This document shows positions 12,435 to 24,850 of a stretch of 64,000 nucleotides of DNA, one piece after another. The notes beneath the pieces were generated by a model. That model did no database searches, had not been told where the DNA came from, and worked only from the letters and a program-made list of their open reading frames with translations. Location: NCBI GenBank assembly GCA_051294375.1, contig CM119269.1:1816414-1880413 (forward strand), written 5' to 3'. The DNA comes from Paraspadella gotoi. Taxonomy: Eukaryota > Animalia > Chaetognatha. Every line of letters begins with the position of its first letter. Within the stretch, counting starts at the first letter, position 1. The position numbers were made by a program, and so were the translations under genes.

Positions 12435-12870
12435 GCTTATGATAATTCCTCTACAGTCGAGGGACATCTCTTTATCTTGACAATACCAACAGACAAAAAT
12501 ATAATCAAGTATTTTAATCGACAACAAAAATTTAATCTAAGCTATTTTAATCAACAACAAAAATCTAATCTAGTATTTTAATCGACAACAAAAATTTAAT
12601 AAAATCTATTTTAATCAACAACAAAATTTAATCTAATCTATTTTAATAAACAACAAAAATTTAATCTAATCTAGGGAAGTGGTTAGGGTTAGGGAAGTGG
12701 TTCGCGTGTGATGGGGTTAAGGTTAGGGTTAGGGAAGTGGTTCGCGCTTGATGTCGCTGCTTACCGCTAAATGGTCGCGTGCAGATCCGACATTGTTTGC
12801 TCAAACTTGTTTATTACAAAAAATGGCATGTTAGTGTTTCGACTATATTTGGGAAGGAGTTATCATCAGC
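12435..12870. mobile_element. Putative MITE-like element with internal ~40-bp repeats and TTAGGG-containing repeats
   Basis: Imperfect inverted ends GCTTATGATAATTCCT / AGGAGTTATCATCAGC. Internal TATTTTAATC(G/A)ACAACAAAAATTTAAT about 5 times, and GGTTAGGGTTAGGGAAGTGGTTCGCG twice. Confidence 0.35.
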
Positions 12871-13471
12871 GCTTGAAGAAGAAGACTCGAAAGATAAAAA
12901 TAATAATAAAAGTAATAAACGATAATGCCGACAGAATCCGATCTGCCTAGAAATAATTAGGGATGACGTAAGTCTCAGATATTAATTTTCTCAGCAGCAA
13001 CTGACTTGGTAATGTTTTTTGAGCGTAAACCAAATAGATAGTTGTGGCGGTATAACCACACCTCCGATATGATAAATCTTGCATCGCAAAAGAAAATCAG
13101 AGCAGCGCAACACTTTGAACTTACCAGTTTAAAGAAAAAAGAACGGATAATATTCATAAAATGTTTAATATCAAGTTTATAAAAATGTGTTTTACTCTCC
13201 GTCGCCTAAAGAGAAACAGAGATAAAAATTTCAGGAGATTACATTCATTTCAGTTTTATTGTTTGCCTCCCGCGATTATCAAGCGTGTGCTCTAGTATTT
13301 CCTCTCTCTCTCTCTCTTGCTTTCTTAATCACGTTCTATCCGAGTTTTGTTTTCCGCGTGAATCTCATTCACCACAAAAGTCACGTGACACGAATCTGGG
13401 TCAGTTTTGTTTTCCTCCTGAAAAAAAGGTTGGGCGAAGGAACGAGTGAATCAGCGGAAGTGGGAAAGGGC

Positions 13472-13632
13472 AGAAAAGGTAGGGACTGATAAAGAAGAAA
13501 AAGAAGGGGAGAAAAGGTAGGGACTGATATTGATAAAGAAGAAAAATAAGGGGAGAAAAGGTAGGGACTGATAAAGAATAAAAAGAAGGGGAGAAAAGGT
13601 AGGGACTGATAAAGAAGAAAAAGAAGGGGAAA
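13472..13632. repeat. ~38-bp purine-rich minisatellite, about 4 copies
   Basis: Unit GGGAGAAAAGGTAGGGACTGATAAAGAAGAAAAAGAAG. Confidence 0.85.
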
Positions 13633-14997
13633 AAAAATGAAAGCATTGACCAATGCGGAGAAGGGGAGAAAAACAGAAGGGCTAGAAAAAAATAGTAGAA
13701 TAGGTTGAATAGTCGAAGAAGCAAGGGTAAGAGAAAGAAAAAGAGATTAAATGCACAAGGATAAGTGTGAAATATTGCCTCGCGCTGGGTCAATCTGTAC
13801 TGACCTAAGCTGACCTTATCTTTTCACCGTCTAGTTGCTTTCGTGCGGCTTCTTTTAGCCTAAAATTCGCGCAGAATCAAGTAAGGTATTCACATCGGCC
13901 GTCGGGAACTTAGTTTTCACAGGTTCCACAGATTAATACAAATTTAACCACAAAAACCACTACAATTTCTTGATTTGTGTGTCTCCAAATAAACGTTTTT
14001 CAGAATTTATTCGGCATTTATTGCTGCTTTCAAGATTTAGTGAGCTACAGGAATCTTGGTCTACCGACGTTAAAACGGACGGCTGACGTCTAGATCGCTT
14101 GACCGTGGGCGTAGAAAACAAATATTTTCTACAATAAGATTAAGAGAAGCAAATTACCAAAAAAAGAGAAATTTAAAGGACGAGTTAAGAGTTAAGAGTA
14201 AAAAAATTAGTTTTAAAAGGAAGAGAGAATCGGGCGGAAGGGGGGGGGGATAATGTTATGCCAAAAATGGCGGAGAGACGCGTGGTCGTTTCTGGATGCG
14301 ATAAAATCTGGATTATGATCAATTCGTTTCCCACTCACGCCGAATGGCTTTCCCCGTTGTTGCTGTTGTGGTCGTCGTCGTCGTCGTCGTCGTCGTCGTC
14401 TGTTTCGTTATTATATTTGTTTCTATGTTGTTGGGACTCGAATCTCGATGAGAGAGAAAAAGAGGAAAATGAAGAAGGAATAAAATGGAAGAGGAAAACA
14501 TCGCTCGGGTTCGTGATCGTAAAAAAAAATTAGTCGTTGATTCCGTACGATATATTTTATCGGAATTAGTTAAATATTTTCCCCACATTCAAAATGAGAA
14601 ATAATTTTTTTTTAATACAAATAAATTCCCCCCGTCGTTTGGATTAAAGTTTAATTTTCGTTTATTAGTGAATTTACGACGCTTCATACGCGTCCTTTTG
14701 TGAAATGTTCGTGACGTCTCTCAGCGTGGGACTTTAAAACTGAGGGGGGGGGGATGATCATGATGACGGGTCGGAGTCGGTCGAGCTGCTTCATCCTCAT
14801 CATCTTTAATATTATTCTCTTTGATTTCTCTCAACCATCGCACATCCCTCCAGTCAATTTTCCCACCCTCTTGAAAAAAGAGAGAAATTAATTGCAATTC
14901 TATTGAAACCTGTCAGTAGCACAAGTTGTTTTTTTTTTAAATTGTATTGTAAAGGATCATCGTTCGTTGAGAATCTGTCAACGAGGCGGCTGATGTC

Positions 14998-15209
14998 ACA
15001 ACAAAAGTGAGATATGCGGCGTCTGTGATTGACAACAAAAGTGAGATATGCGGCGTCTGTGATTGACAACAAAAGTGAGATATGCGGCGTCTGTGATTGA
15101 CAACAAAAGTGAGATATGCGGCGTCTGTGATTGACAACAAAAGTGAGATATGCGGCGTCTGTGATTGACAACAAAAGTGAGATATGCGGCGTCTGTGATT
15201 GACAACAAA
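14998..15209. repeat. Perfect 34-bp tandem repeat, 6 copies
   Basis: Unit ACAACAAAAGTGAGATATGCGGCGTCTGTGATTG, head to tail with no spacers. Confidence 0.95.
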
Positions 15210-15254
15210 GAAACAACTCTCGATCCCACGACGAACGTTGAGCGCGACGAGGAA

Positions 15255-15438
15255 AAAAAATATTATGATTTGTTGTTAGTTAAAAGACAATAAATCGAGA
15301 TTATGGCTTCGATATTCATGAAAGGGGAAACTCTTGATTCTCTCTTTTTTTTGATAAGATACGAGTTGTTGCCTTCACCTCTACTTTCCTTTCCTGTCGA
15401 TACGAGTCAATTTTCTCCATTTCATTTTCTTTCTCTCT

Positions 15439-15509
<71 letters not shown>

Positions 15510-16277
15510 CTCTCTCTCTCTCTCTCTTCTTCTCTCTCTCCGCCCCCCCCGGCCTTGCCCTGCTTCCAAGTCACGCCCATCGGGGCCAAGGGCGCCATAA
15601 ACTCAGAGAGACGCTGACCCTAAATGGAGTCGTCGTCGTCGTCGTCCACACCGTCGCTGTCAACTTTGTCGTCGTTGTTGTCGTCGATGTCCCCTTTTTC
15701 TCTGTCGTTGTCAATGTCGTCGTGTCGTCGTCGTCGTCGTCGTCGTCCTGCTCTTTTTCCCGCCGTAAATAAAACGGTGATGGAACAAGAATAACAAAGA
15801 GAAAAACCTGAGTCGGTGACGTGAGATTCTGATGGAACCATAACGAGACCTAATTAAATAAGGAGAACTCAATTCCATTAGCTTTTTCCACCAAAAGTTT
15901 GAAGGAACCTAATTTACGTATTATTTTAGCCAAGTCTTATCTGTTTGGCTTATCGCTCCCTCATCGAAGATTTATTTCTCTTTCAGGTCGACTTTTTCCC
16001 CAAACCTTTTTTCTATTTCATGATGACCTTCTTCAAAACAATTCTTCCACAACCGCTAGTTATTTTTTTTCTTCTTTTTTTTAGTTCAAGTATAACCGAG
16101 TATAGTTGTGTATGGATTTTTAAACTTATCGGGTATAAGAGTATGAGTCCGAGTATGAGTTTTTCTAAAAACCTTATAAACTTAAACATATAACATATAA
16201 CATTAGGTACGGTGCAAATAGAAATAAATTAAATATGTAATGGTAATATATCAAAATTTCAACATTACGTAGTCATT

Positions 16278-16314
<37 letters not shown>

Positions 16315-18716
16315 NNNNNNNNNNNNNNNNNNNNNNNNNNNNNNNNNNNNNNNNNNNNNNNNNNNNNNNNNNNNNNNNNNNNNNNNNNNNNNNNNNNNNN
16401 NNNNNNNNNNNNNNNNNNNNNNNNNNNNNNNNNNNNNNTCTCTCTCTCTGTCTCTTTCAATCTATCTCAGCAATTTATTAATGGCATACCCCTCGTTGAG
16501 TGACGTTGAAGCTGATGTGACGACGTCGCCCGACTTGTTGACATTTCTAGTCGGCGTTGGCGTGATAGTGAGCGTTGACGCACCACAAAGGTGGCGGTGA
16601 CGCGCCATGAATCGTTGGTGCGCCATGAAATGATGAAACGACGCCGTGAAACATGAGCGTGACGTAGAGATGACGGTTCGACACGGTTCATAGTTCAGAA
16701 TGGAATCAGCTGCAGAATGGAATCAGCTACAGAATGGAATCAGCTGCAGAATGGAATCAGCTGCAGAATGGAATCAGCTGCAGAATGGAATCAGCTGCAG
16801 AATGGAATCAGCTGCAGTAACGATTCAGATGTGTCGATTGATTTTTAATGAATCTGACAAAACAAAGAATCGATCGAAATGCGAAACGAGAAATCAATGA
16901 GACTTATTTTTGTTTTGTTTTATGTTTTTTTTGTTTTCTTCTCTGCTTGGTGTCTTTATAAAAAGCAATTTAAACCAAGAAAAAACTCTCTGTATCAAAC
17001 CCTGTGAGTGTGAGGTTAAAGGAATCAGACTCGGCGTCACGGACGCAGATGTGAATTTAAGACAGCGTTGGATCTTTATGGGATTATGTGATTTGCGTCA
17101 CTTGACTCCACGGTTTTCATGATTTTCCTTTGGTATTATTGTTTGTTTTAAAAATGTTTATGTTTATGTTTTCTTGTTTCCTGATTTCATTTTGCTTTCA
17201 ACACCGATTTTGGCAGGAGATTAAGTCGTTAATGAAATTGATTTGGTCTTTACATGCCAATAATATGAAGAAAAATTTTTTTTTTTCTGGAGTTAAAGTT
17301 TCTTTTTAAATAAGCACTGATCTTCAGAGACTTCTGTGTCTCTCAAAGGTGCAGAACCTTTTTGAAAATTCATTCAAGGACCCAAAGTTTTTTTTTGGTT
17401 TCATTGAATGACCTTGACCTTTTCTGTAGCTACTGTAGCTCTAGCTCTAGGAGAGAGTGAAGGCCTCCGCTCATCGTAAAAGACTTTTTGCGAAAATGGA
17501 GAAAATGGAGAAAATGGAGAAAATGGAGAAAATGGAGAAAGACCAAAATTTAAAAACTCATTTCAAATGAGTCATTTGTAAGCGGAAAGGAAACCGTGAG
17601 GAGAGATAAAATGTNNNNNNNNNNNNNNNNNNNNNNNNNNNNNNNNNNNNNNNNNNNNNNNNNNNNNNNNNNNNNNNNNNNNNNNNNNNNNNNNNNNNNN
17701 NNNNNNNNNNNNNNNNNNNNNNNNNNNNNNNNNNNNNNNNNNNNNNNNNNNNNNNNNNNNNNNNNNNNNNNNNNNNNNNNNNNNNNNNNNNNNNNNNNNN
17801 NNNNNNNNNNNNNNNNNNNNNNNNNNNNNNNNNNNNNNNNNNNNNNNNNNNNNNNNNNCTTTGTGACTCTTAGAAATTTCAATCGAGTGAACGAGGTTTT
17901 CGTTGTATCTTCCAAATTCCATCTGGGATTTTCAATTTGTTTCGGTGTTGTCAAGACCTTCTCTTCTCACTCACCAATCTCGGGCGACAAGGACAAAAGG
18001 AGGAGGAGGATATTACATTATTTAATTTATTTCTATTTGCACCGGTACTATATGTTATATGTTTATATGATTAAGTTTATAAGGTTTTTAGAAAAACTCA
18101 TACTGGGACTCATACTCTTATACCCGATAAGTTTAAAAATCCATACACAACTATACTCGGTTATACTTGAACTAAAAAAAGAAGAAAAAAAATAACTAGC
18201 GGTTGTGGAAGGAATTGTTTTTGAAGAAGGTCATCATGAAATAGAAAAGAAGGTTTGGGGAAAAAGTGTCGACCTGAAAAGAGAAATAAATCTTCGATGA
18301 GGGAAGCGATAAGCAAACGGATAAGACTTGTGCTAAAATAAGTACGTTTAGGTTCCTTCAAACTTTTGGTGGAAAAAGCTAATGGAATTGAGTTCTCCTT
18401 ATTTAATTAGGTTCTCGTTAGTGTTCCATCAGAATCTCACGTCAACGACTCAGGTTTTCTCTTTGTTATTCTTGTTCCATCACCGTTTTATTTACGGCGG
18501 GAAAAGAGCAGGACGACGAACGACGACGTACGACGACACGACGACATTGACAACGACAGAGAAAAAGGGGACATCGACGACAACAACGACGACAAAGTTG
18601 ACAGCGACGGTGTGGCGACGACGACGACGACTCCATTTAGGGTCAGCGTTCCTCTGAGTTTATGCGCCCTTGGCCCCGATGGGCGTGACTTGGAAGCAGG
18701 GCAGAGGCAGGGGGGG

Positions 18717-18756
<40 letters not shown>

Positions 18757-18930
18757 AGAGAAGAGAGATGAAATGGAGAAAATTGACTCGTATCGACAGG
18801 AAAGGAAAGTAGAGGTGAAGGCAACAACTCGTCTTATCAAAAAAAGAGAGAATAAAGAGTTTCCTTTCATGAATATCGAAGCCATATCTCGATTTATTGT
18901 CTTTTAACTAACAAAAATCATAATATTTTT
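15255..18930. repeat. ~1-kb inverted duplication (arms ~15255-16241 and ~18012-18930)
   Basis: The arms are reverse complements differing mostly by 1-bp indels. Two N gaps lie between them. Confidence 0.85.
16696..16817. repeat. 17-bp tandem repeat, about 7 copies
   Basis: Unit CAGAATGGAATCAGCTG. Confidence 0.95.
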
Positions 18931-19631
18931 CTGCATCTTACTTTCCTTATTGACCTAGTTCTCCTAACTTATCGTCTTTTTCTTCGGCTGAATGATACGG
19001 CTCGCATATTCCCGAATTATAAACAGCAACAAGCCAGAGAGAGAGAGTTATTGAAAACAAAGCATTAGACAACGAGACGAGAAGCAGCAGACGAGAGCGG
19101 TGTGCACCTTTTTTGTACGTCTACGATAATAGGAAAATCGCTTTTCTCAAGTTTTTTCACAATCAACGACATGTATCTCTCTCGCTCTCTCTCAATCTCT
19201 CTCTCTCTCGTCTTTTTTTTTTTTCCTGCAATCAGTGGCTTGTCACTGTCNNNNNNNNNNNNNNNNNNNNNNNNNCAGCACGCCAGAGAGAGAGACGCTT
19301 ATTGAAACACAACACAACAAGACAACAGTACTGACGAGAAGCAGCAGACGAGAGACGGCTGCTGACCTTTTTCTGTACGTTCTCACGATACTACGGAAAA
19401 ATCGCTCTTTCTCACAGGTTTTTTCCAACAAACGACATGATCTCTCGACTCTCTCTCAATCTCTCCTCTCTCGTGTTGTTTTGTATCGCTTAATAATCAA
19501 TGATCATTCAGCCGTAATAAAAAAAGACGATAAGTTAAGAGTAGTCAATAAGGAAATTAAATGAGAATAGGATTTCGATATTCGATTTGTATAAAAAATG
19601 AATTCTTATTCCCATACTTTTTCTTCTTCAG

Positions 19632-20622
19632 CGTCGGGAGACGATCTGACGCCGCCGACGCCGCCGACAACGAAAGACCCGCCGCCGACGCCCCCTCGAT
19701 CCGGCGCCCACAACCGACGCCGCTTTCGTCGAAGCGCCGATTCATCCTCGAAAATCGGCGCCGATAAAATCCCTCGATTAAAATCGAACTTTTTCTCGAT
19801 CCAAAAATCTTCTCTCAATTCCTCTGCTTTTTTCTCTTCTTGGTTCGACTCTTTTCCTCCTCTCTCCTCGTTCAACTCTTCACATCGATCTTACTCTCGT
19901 TCCTCCTTTTATCCTCATCCGCATTTCCCTCCCGTTTCCTCCAATACTCCTTCCTCCTCTTCTTCTTCCTCCCCTTCTTCTTCCTCCCCTTCCCCTCTCT
20001 CCTTCACTCCCTCCACCGCTTCCGGTCCTTCCGACATCGATTCTCTTCCTCGACGTCCATCGACTTTTCGTCTCGAGGCGTCCACTGATTCCTCCGTCAT
20101 TTCGTCGTCGTCGTCGTCGTTATCTTCTTCTTCTTCGTCGTCCTCATTTTCTCCGTCTCCCTCCCAACCCTCTTTCTTTCCCCCTACGCCCTCTGTCGTG
20201 TCTCCCTCGAATCAAAGCCTTACGAACGAAGAAACAATGAAATCAACGACGGAAACGACGACGACGACGACGACGACGATAACGATAACGACATCAGGGA
20301 CGAATTGGACTCGCAGCGATTCCAAGGATCACGGCGCCGAAACGACACTCAATTCCGGCGACGTTTCCACGCCGGACGACGCCGTCGACGACGATGGCGC
20401 CAATGCGAGCGCGGTATTTCGATCGCCACTCGGAAACGGGACAATAACAACTCCTTCTGATTGGTCAGCCTCTCTCTACCAATCGGAATCGAGCGAGACA
20501 ATCGCGAACCAATCGGAATCGAGGAGATCGAACGTGAGGTTGTTTTTCGCCGAAGAATCTGGACCGAAGTTGGTGGACGTGGACGACGATTCGCCCTGGG
20601 ACGAACCATTCGACTTTCAAAG
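19632..20622 (+). CDS. Large Ser/Thr/Pro-rich exon, probably the N-terminal part of the Frizzled-CRD gene
   Basis: Acceptor TTTTTCTTCTTCAG| at 19631, about 330 open codons, and a strong donor AAAG|GTGAGG at 20622/20623. Same strand and just upstream of the CRD exons. Linkage crosses an N gap, so it is inferred. Confidence 0.6.
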
Positions 20623-20657
20623 GTGAGGATCACGAAGATGGTTTTAGTGATAACGAG

Positions 20658-20695
<38 letters not shown>

Positions 20696-21559
20696 CGTCG
20701 ACGACGACGACGACCACGATGTTTCATTTTATGACGATTAAAACTTTAGCAAAGAAACGAAAATGAAATAACTTTTTAACAAAGTTGACGCCGACGAAGG
20801 ATTTTGAATTCGACCAGAGGAGTAACGACATTGAATCGCTCTTTCTGTTATACTCGTTGCTCTTATTCTAGTTAAAAATCATTGTAGAAAATGTATTTAA
20901 ATTTTCTATGCCTTTTGGGTCCCGTGTTCGAGGCGTCGCCCGTTCAAATTAGTACAACGTGAGTTTTTGTCTAACTATTATTTTATTATTATTTGCATTA
21001 TCAAAAACCCGTATAAATTTAAATTCTAACGGTAACATGATTCGATCGTGAATGAAAATGTATCAAAAAAGCCAGAATAAAGATAACATTGACCTTAAAA
21101 AAGACTGCTTCAGTCACTCAAAAAGACCGGTCTTATAATTTGACCGAGAGAGAAAGATAGGCGAGGCATAATATTTCTACAATCATTTTAAAAACTACTT
21201 ATCTATCACTTTCGTTGTAATGTTTGTTTTCTCGATATTCTCTGAATATTGGACAAATANNNNNNNNNNNNNNNNNNNNNNNNNNNNNNNNNNNNNNNNN
21301 NNNNNNNNNNNNNNNNNNNNNNNNNNNNNNNNNNNNNNNNNNNNNNNNNNNNNNNNNNNNNNNNNNNNNNNNNNNNNNNNNNNNNNNNNNNNNNNNNNNN
21401 NNNNNNNNNNNNNNNNNNNNNNNNNNNNNNNNNNNNNNNNNNNNNNNNNNNNNNNNNNNNNNNNNNNNNNNNNNNNNNNNNNNNNNNNNNNNNNNNNNNN
21501 NNNATAATAATAATAATAATAATAATAATATATATTAAAAAAAATATATGTATAATAAA

Positions 21560-21590
<31 letters not shown>

Positions 21591-22028
21591 NNNNNNNNNN
21601 NNNNNNNNNNNNNNNNNNNNNNNNNNNNNNNNNNNNNNNNNNNNNNNNNNNNNNNNNNNNNNNNNNNNNNNNNNNNNNNNNNNNNNNNNNNNNNNNNNNN
21701 NNNNNNNNNNNNNNNNNNNNNNNNNNNNNNNNNNNNNNNNNNNNNNNNNNNNNNNNNNNNNNNNNNNNNNNNNNNNNNNNNNNNNNNNNNNNNNNNNNNN
21801 NNNNNNNNNNNNNNNNNNNNNNNNNNNNNNNNNNNNNNNNNNNNNNNNNNNNNNNNNNNNNNNNNNNNNNNNNNNNNNNNNNNNNNNNNNNNNNNNNNNN
21901 NNNNNNNNNNNNNNNNNNNNNNNNNNNNNNNNNNNNNNNNNNNNNNNNNNNNNNNNNNNNNNNNNNNNNNNNNNNNNNNNNNNNNNNNNNNNNNNNNNNN
22001 NNNNNNNNNNNNNNNNNNNNNNNNNNNN

Positions 22029-22128
22029 CCCGGATGGAGCGAAGCCGAACATCCGGGGGCCTGGATGGAAGCGATTCTGCGTCAACACGTGGCGGAAGTG
22101 GAGAGCGTCAAACGCGGCGCCTCCGAAG
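22029..22128 (+). CDS. Frizzled-CRD gene exon (5' part lost in gap): PGWSEAEHPGAWMEAILRQHVAEVESVKRGASE
   Basis: Ends GAA G|GTAGGG (phase 1), joining in frame to AT TGC at 24692 to give ...GASE-D-CRHLVSLFFC. Confidence 0.65.
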
Positions 22129-22424
22129 GTAGGGGACTGTGGTCTGGGTGGGCACTGGGCGGGGATAAACGCGTGGGCGCGTGGAGGAAAATGAGGCGTG
22201 GCCCGACGTCATTTCGCGTCAAAAAGCGACAAAGATGAGGCTATTTATAAAAGGGAAAGAAGTTGGCGTTTGGGGATGAGAAAAGGATCGGGGGAAGTTG
22301 GGATGGAGAGGCCGAGTGGGTGGGAAGGGATCGGCGAAAGAGAGACATGTGGTCGAAATGAGGTATAGATATCTGAAGTCGTGCATTGCAATACGTTCAA
22401 CCCGCCTATAAGCATGTAAGTAAC

Positions 22425-22610
22425 CTTCAGTCGTGACCCGATGGCTCATGACTCATGGCTCATGACCATTAGGTGCTGGGATCGATCCGCAATGGTACCT
22501 ACCCTGCGGGAAGCGTGAGGACAGCGCTGAACCTTTTTGGGAGCGTGGAAAACCATCCAACCATCAAGCCCAGGACCCTTTTCATAGCTGTTAGAGGGGG
22601 TTAAAAAAGT
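22425..22610 (+). mobile_element. Possible tRNA(Met)-derived SINE
   Basis: A-box-like TGACCCGATGG, anticodon-like arm ATGG-CTCATGA-CCAT and B-box-like GGATCGATCC, followed by a GC-balanced body. Confidence 0.35.
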
Positions 22611-24547
22611 TACGGATAGCGCCATATCCAGGATACGTGAATGCGAGTAAGAAGGAAATGTGGGAGAAGTAAAAAGGAAAAGGGTTCAGTGATGTCAGGA
22701 AGAAGACGAGGTCAAAGGGTCGAGTCGAAATGGAGTCATAAAGCGAAGGGGGGAAAGAAGTAAGAAATGTGCTTTAAACGGGTGTGTCGATGCTTGGGTG
22801 GGAAAACTTGGGTAAGTTAAGGGACGAATCGATAGAGAAAATAAAGATAAGAATACGAGACGTCGAAGCGATGGAATGAGATGCGGNNNNNNNNNNNNNN
22901 NNNNNNNNNNNNNNNNNNNNNNNNNNNNNNNNNNNNNNNNNNNNNNNNNNNNNNNNNNNNNNNNNNNNNNNNNNNNNACGGAAGAGACGGTGAGGAAGCG
23001 AAAGAGGACGAAAACGGATATAAAGAGGTTGTTACAAGCAGACGAATGTCGTTGGCGAAATGTTTTCAATTTTGAGTCGATGCTTCAACCTTCATAACCT
23101 CTGCGTCTTGGGCGGAATTTTATTGCGTCAAAACGACTTTTATATCTAAAGTCTCGGCGACAAAATATTTGGCGCGACCGCGTTGGGGGAGGGAGACTTC
23201 AAACTCTCTCTCTCTCTNNNNNNNNNNNNNNNNNNNNNNNNNNNNNNNNNNNNNNNNNNNNNNNNNNNNNNNNNNNNNNNNNNNNNNNNNNNNNNNNNNN
23301 NNNNNNNNNNNNNNNNNNNNNNNNNNNNNNNNNNNNNNNNNNNNNNNNNNNNNNNNNNNNNNNNNNNNNNNNNNNNNNNNNNNNNNNNNNNNNNNNNNNN
23401 NNNNNNNNNNNNNNNNNNNNNNNNNNNNNNNNNNNNNNNNNNNNNNNNNNNNNNNNNNNNNNNNNNNNNNNNNNNNNNNNNNNNNNNNNNNNNNNNNNNN
23501 NNNNNNNNNNNNNNNNNNNNNNNNNNNNNNNNNNNNNNNNNNNNNNNNNNNNGGAAAAGTGTATTTCCGGTCTTCATCTCCTTTTTTTATCCTTCTCTTT
23601 TTTTCTGAGAGGTGGAGGATTTTTCCTCTTTTTTTCTCTCTAGTCATAAAGATGCCCCCCTTTGGGGCTAAACTAGAAAGCGGGATGAAAAAATTAAAAA
23701 CAAAAAAGAAGAGAGAGAAAAAGGTGGAGGGTGGGAGAGGAGGCGTGGCTGAACTGTAGAGTCGCGCTCGGAATTTTTTTGACGGAAATGGAAAACTAAT
23801 TACAAACCGCAACGAAAAATATGAAGAAGTAATTCACTCGGGGTTTTTTTTTAATTCACTGTTTATATATGGAAAACATTTGAAAACATGCAGTTTGAAT
23901 GTTAAACAAGTTAATTTCTCACTTTTAAAGTTAAGTCTTAGAATTTCTACCATGTGAAAGTATGTATGTTAATTAAAATTCGGTTCCGATATACTACTAA
24001 GAATCAGATCAAAATGTTAAAAAAGATGTAAAAAGAACATTGCCAAAAATATATCTGATATTTGATCCCAGCTCTCGTCCTCTCGCTCACCCTCTCCTTC
24101 TTAACTTGCAACCAAAAAAAAAAANNNNNNNNNNNNNNNNNNNNNNNNNNNNNNNNNNNNNNNNNNNNNNNNNNNNNNNNNNNNNNNNNNNNNNNNNNNN
24201 NNNNNNNNNNNNNNNNNNNNNNNNNNNNNNNNNNNNNNNNNNNNNNNNNNNNNNNNNNNNNNNNNNNNNNNNNNNNNNNAAAAAAAAAAAGTCGAGCCGA
24301 GATTATTTTTTTTTCTTTTTCTTTCTTTTTTTCTCGGTTGTAATTTCGCTTTCCACCTTTTTAGTTTTCCGAGGTTTTTTCTAAGTCTTATTTCGCTCTA
24401 TTTATGCTTTTTTTTTCAAAGTCTTATTCCACTCTATTTATGCTTTTTTTTTCATTTTGTTGTCCCAAATATTATGAAATATCGGCGAATCAAAAAATAC
24501 ATTTTATTTTTTCTTTCTATTTTCATTCTTCTTTTTTCTTTTTAGTT

Positions 24548-24627
<80 letters not shown>

Positions 24628-24691
24628 TCCTTGTCTTTTCTCCACTTTTTGATCTTTCTCATCCAACTTTTCAACTTCTCTCCCCACACAG

Positions 24692-24850
24692 ATTGCCGCC
24701 ACCTCGTCTCTCTCTTCTTCTGCCTCATGCACGCCCCGTCCTGTTATTCCTCTCGTCTCGCCATCGCGCCCTGCCAAGAGTTTTGCTTCCATCTCAGAGA
24801 CAGGTGTCTCTCTTCATCGTCGCCATCATCGTCGTCGTCGTTGTCGTCGT
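24692..24850 (+). CDS. Frizzled cysteine-rich domain core exon: CRHLVSLFFCLMHAPSCYSSRLAIAPCQEFCFHLRDRC
   Basis: Acceptor CCCCACACAG|. Cys spacing and the F-x-C-x3-AP-x-C...PC-x3-C-x6-C pattern match the FZ/CRD domain. The 3' end runs into an N gap (possible donor at 24803/24804). Confidence 0.85.

Noticed and set aside
14998-15209. CRISPR-length 34-bp repeats
   Set aside because: Head-to-tail with no spacers, so an ordinary minisatellite. ORFs across it are repeat artefacts.
19020-19470. Degenerate ~200-bp direct repeat
   Set aside because: Two noisy versions of the same sequence on either side of a 25-N gap, so a likely gap-fill overlap.
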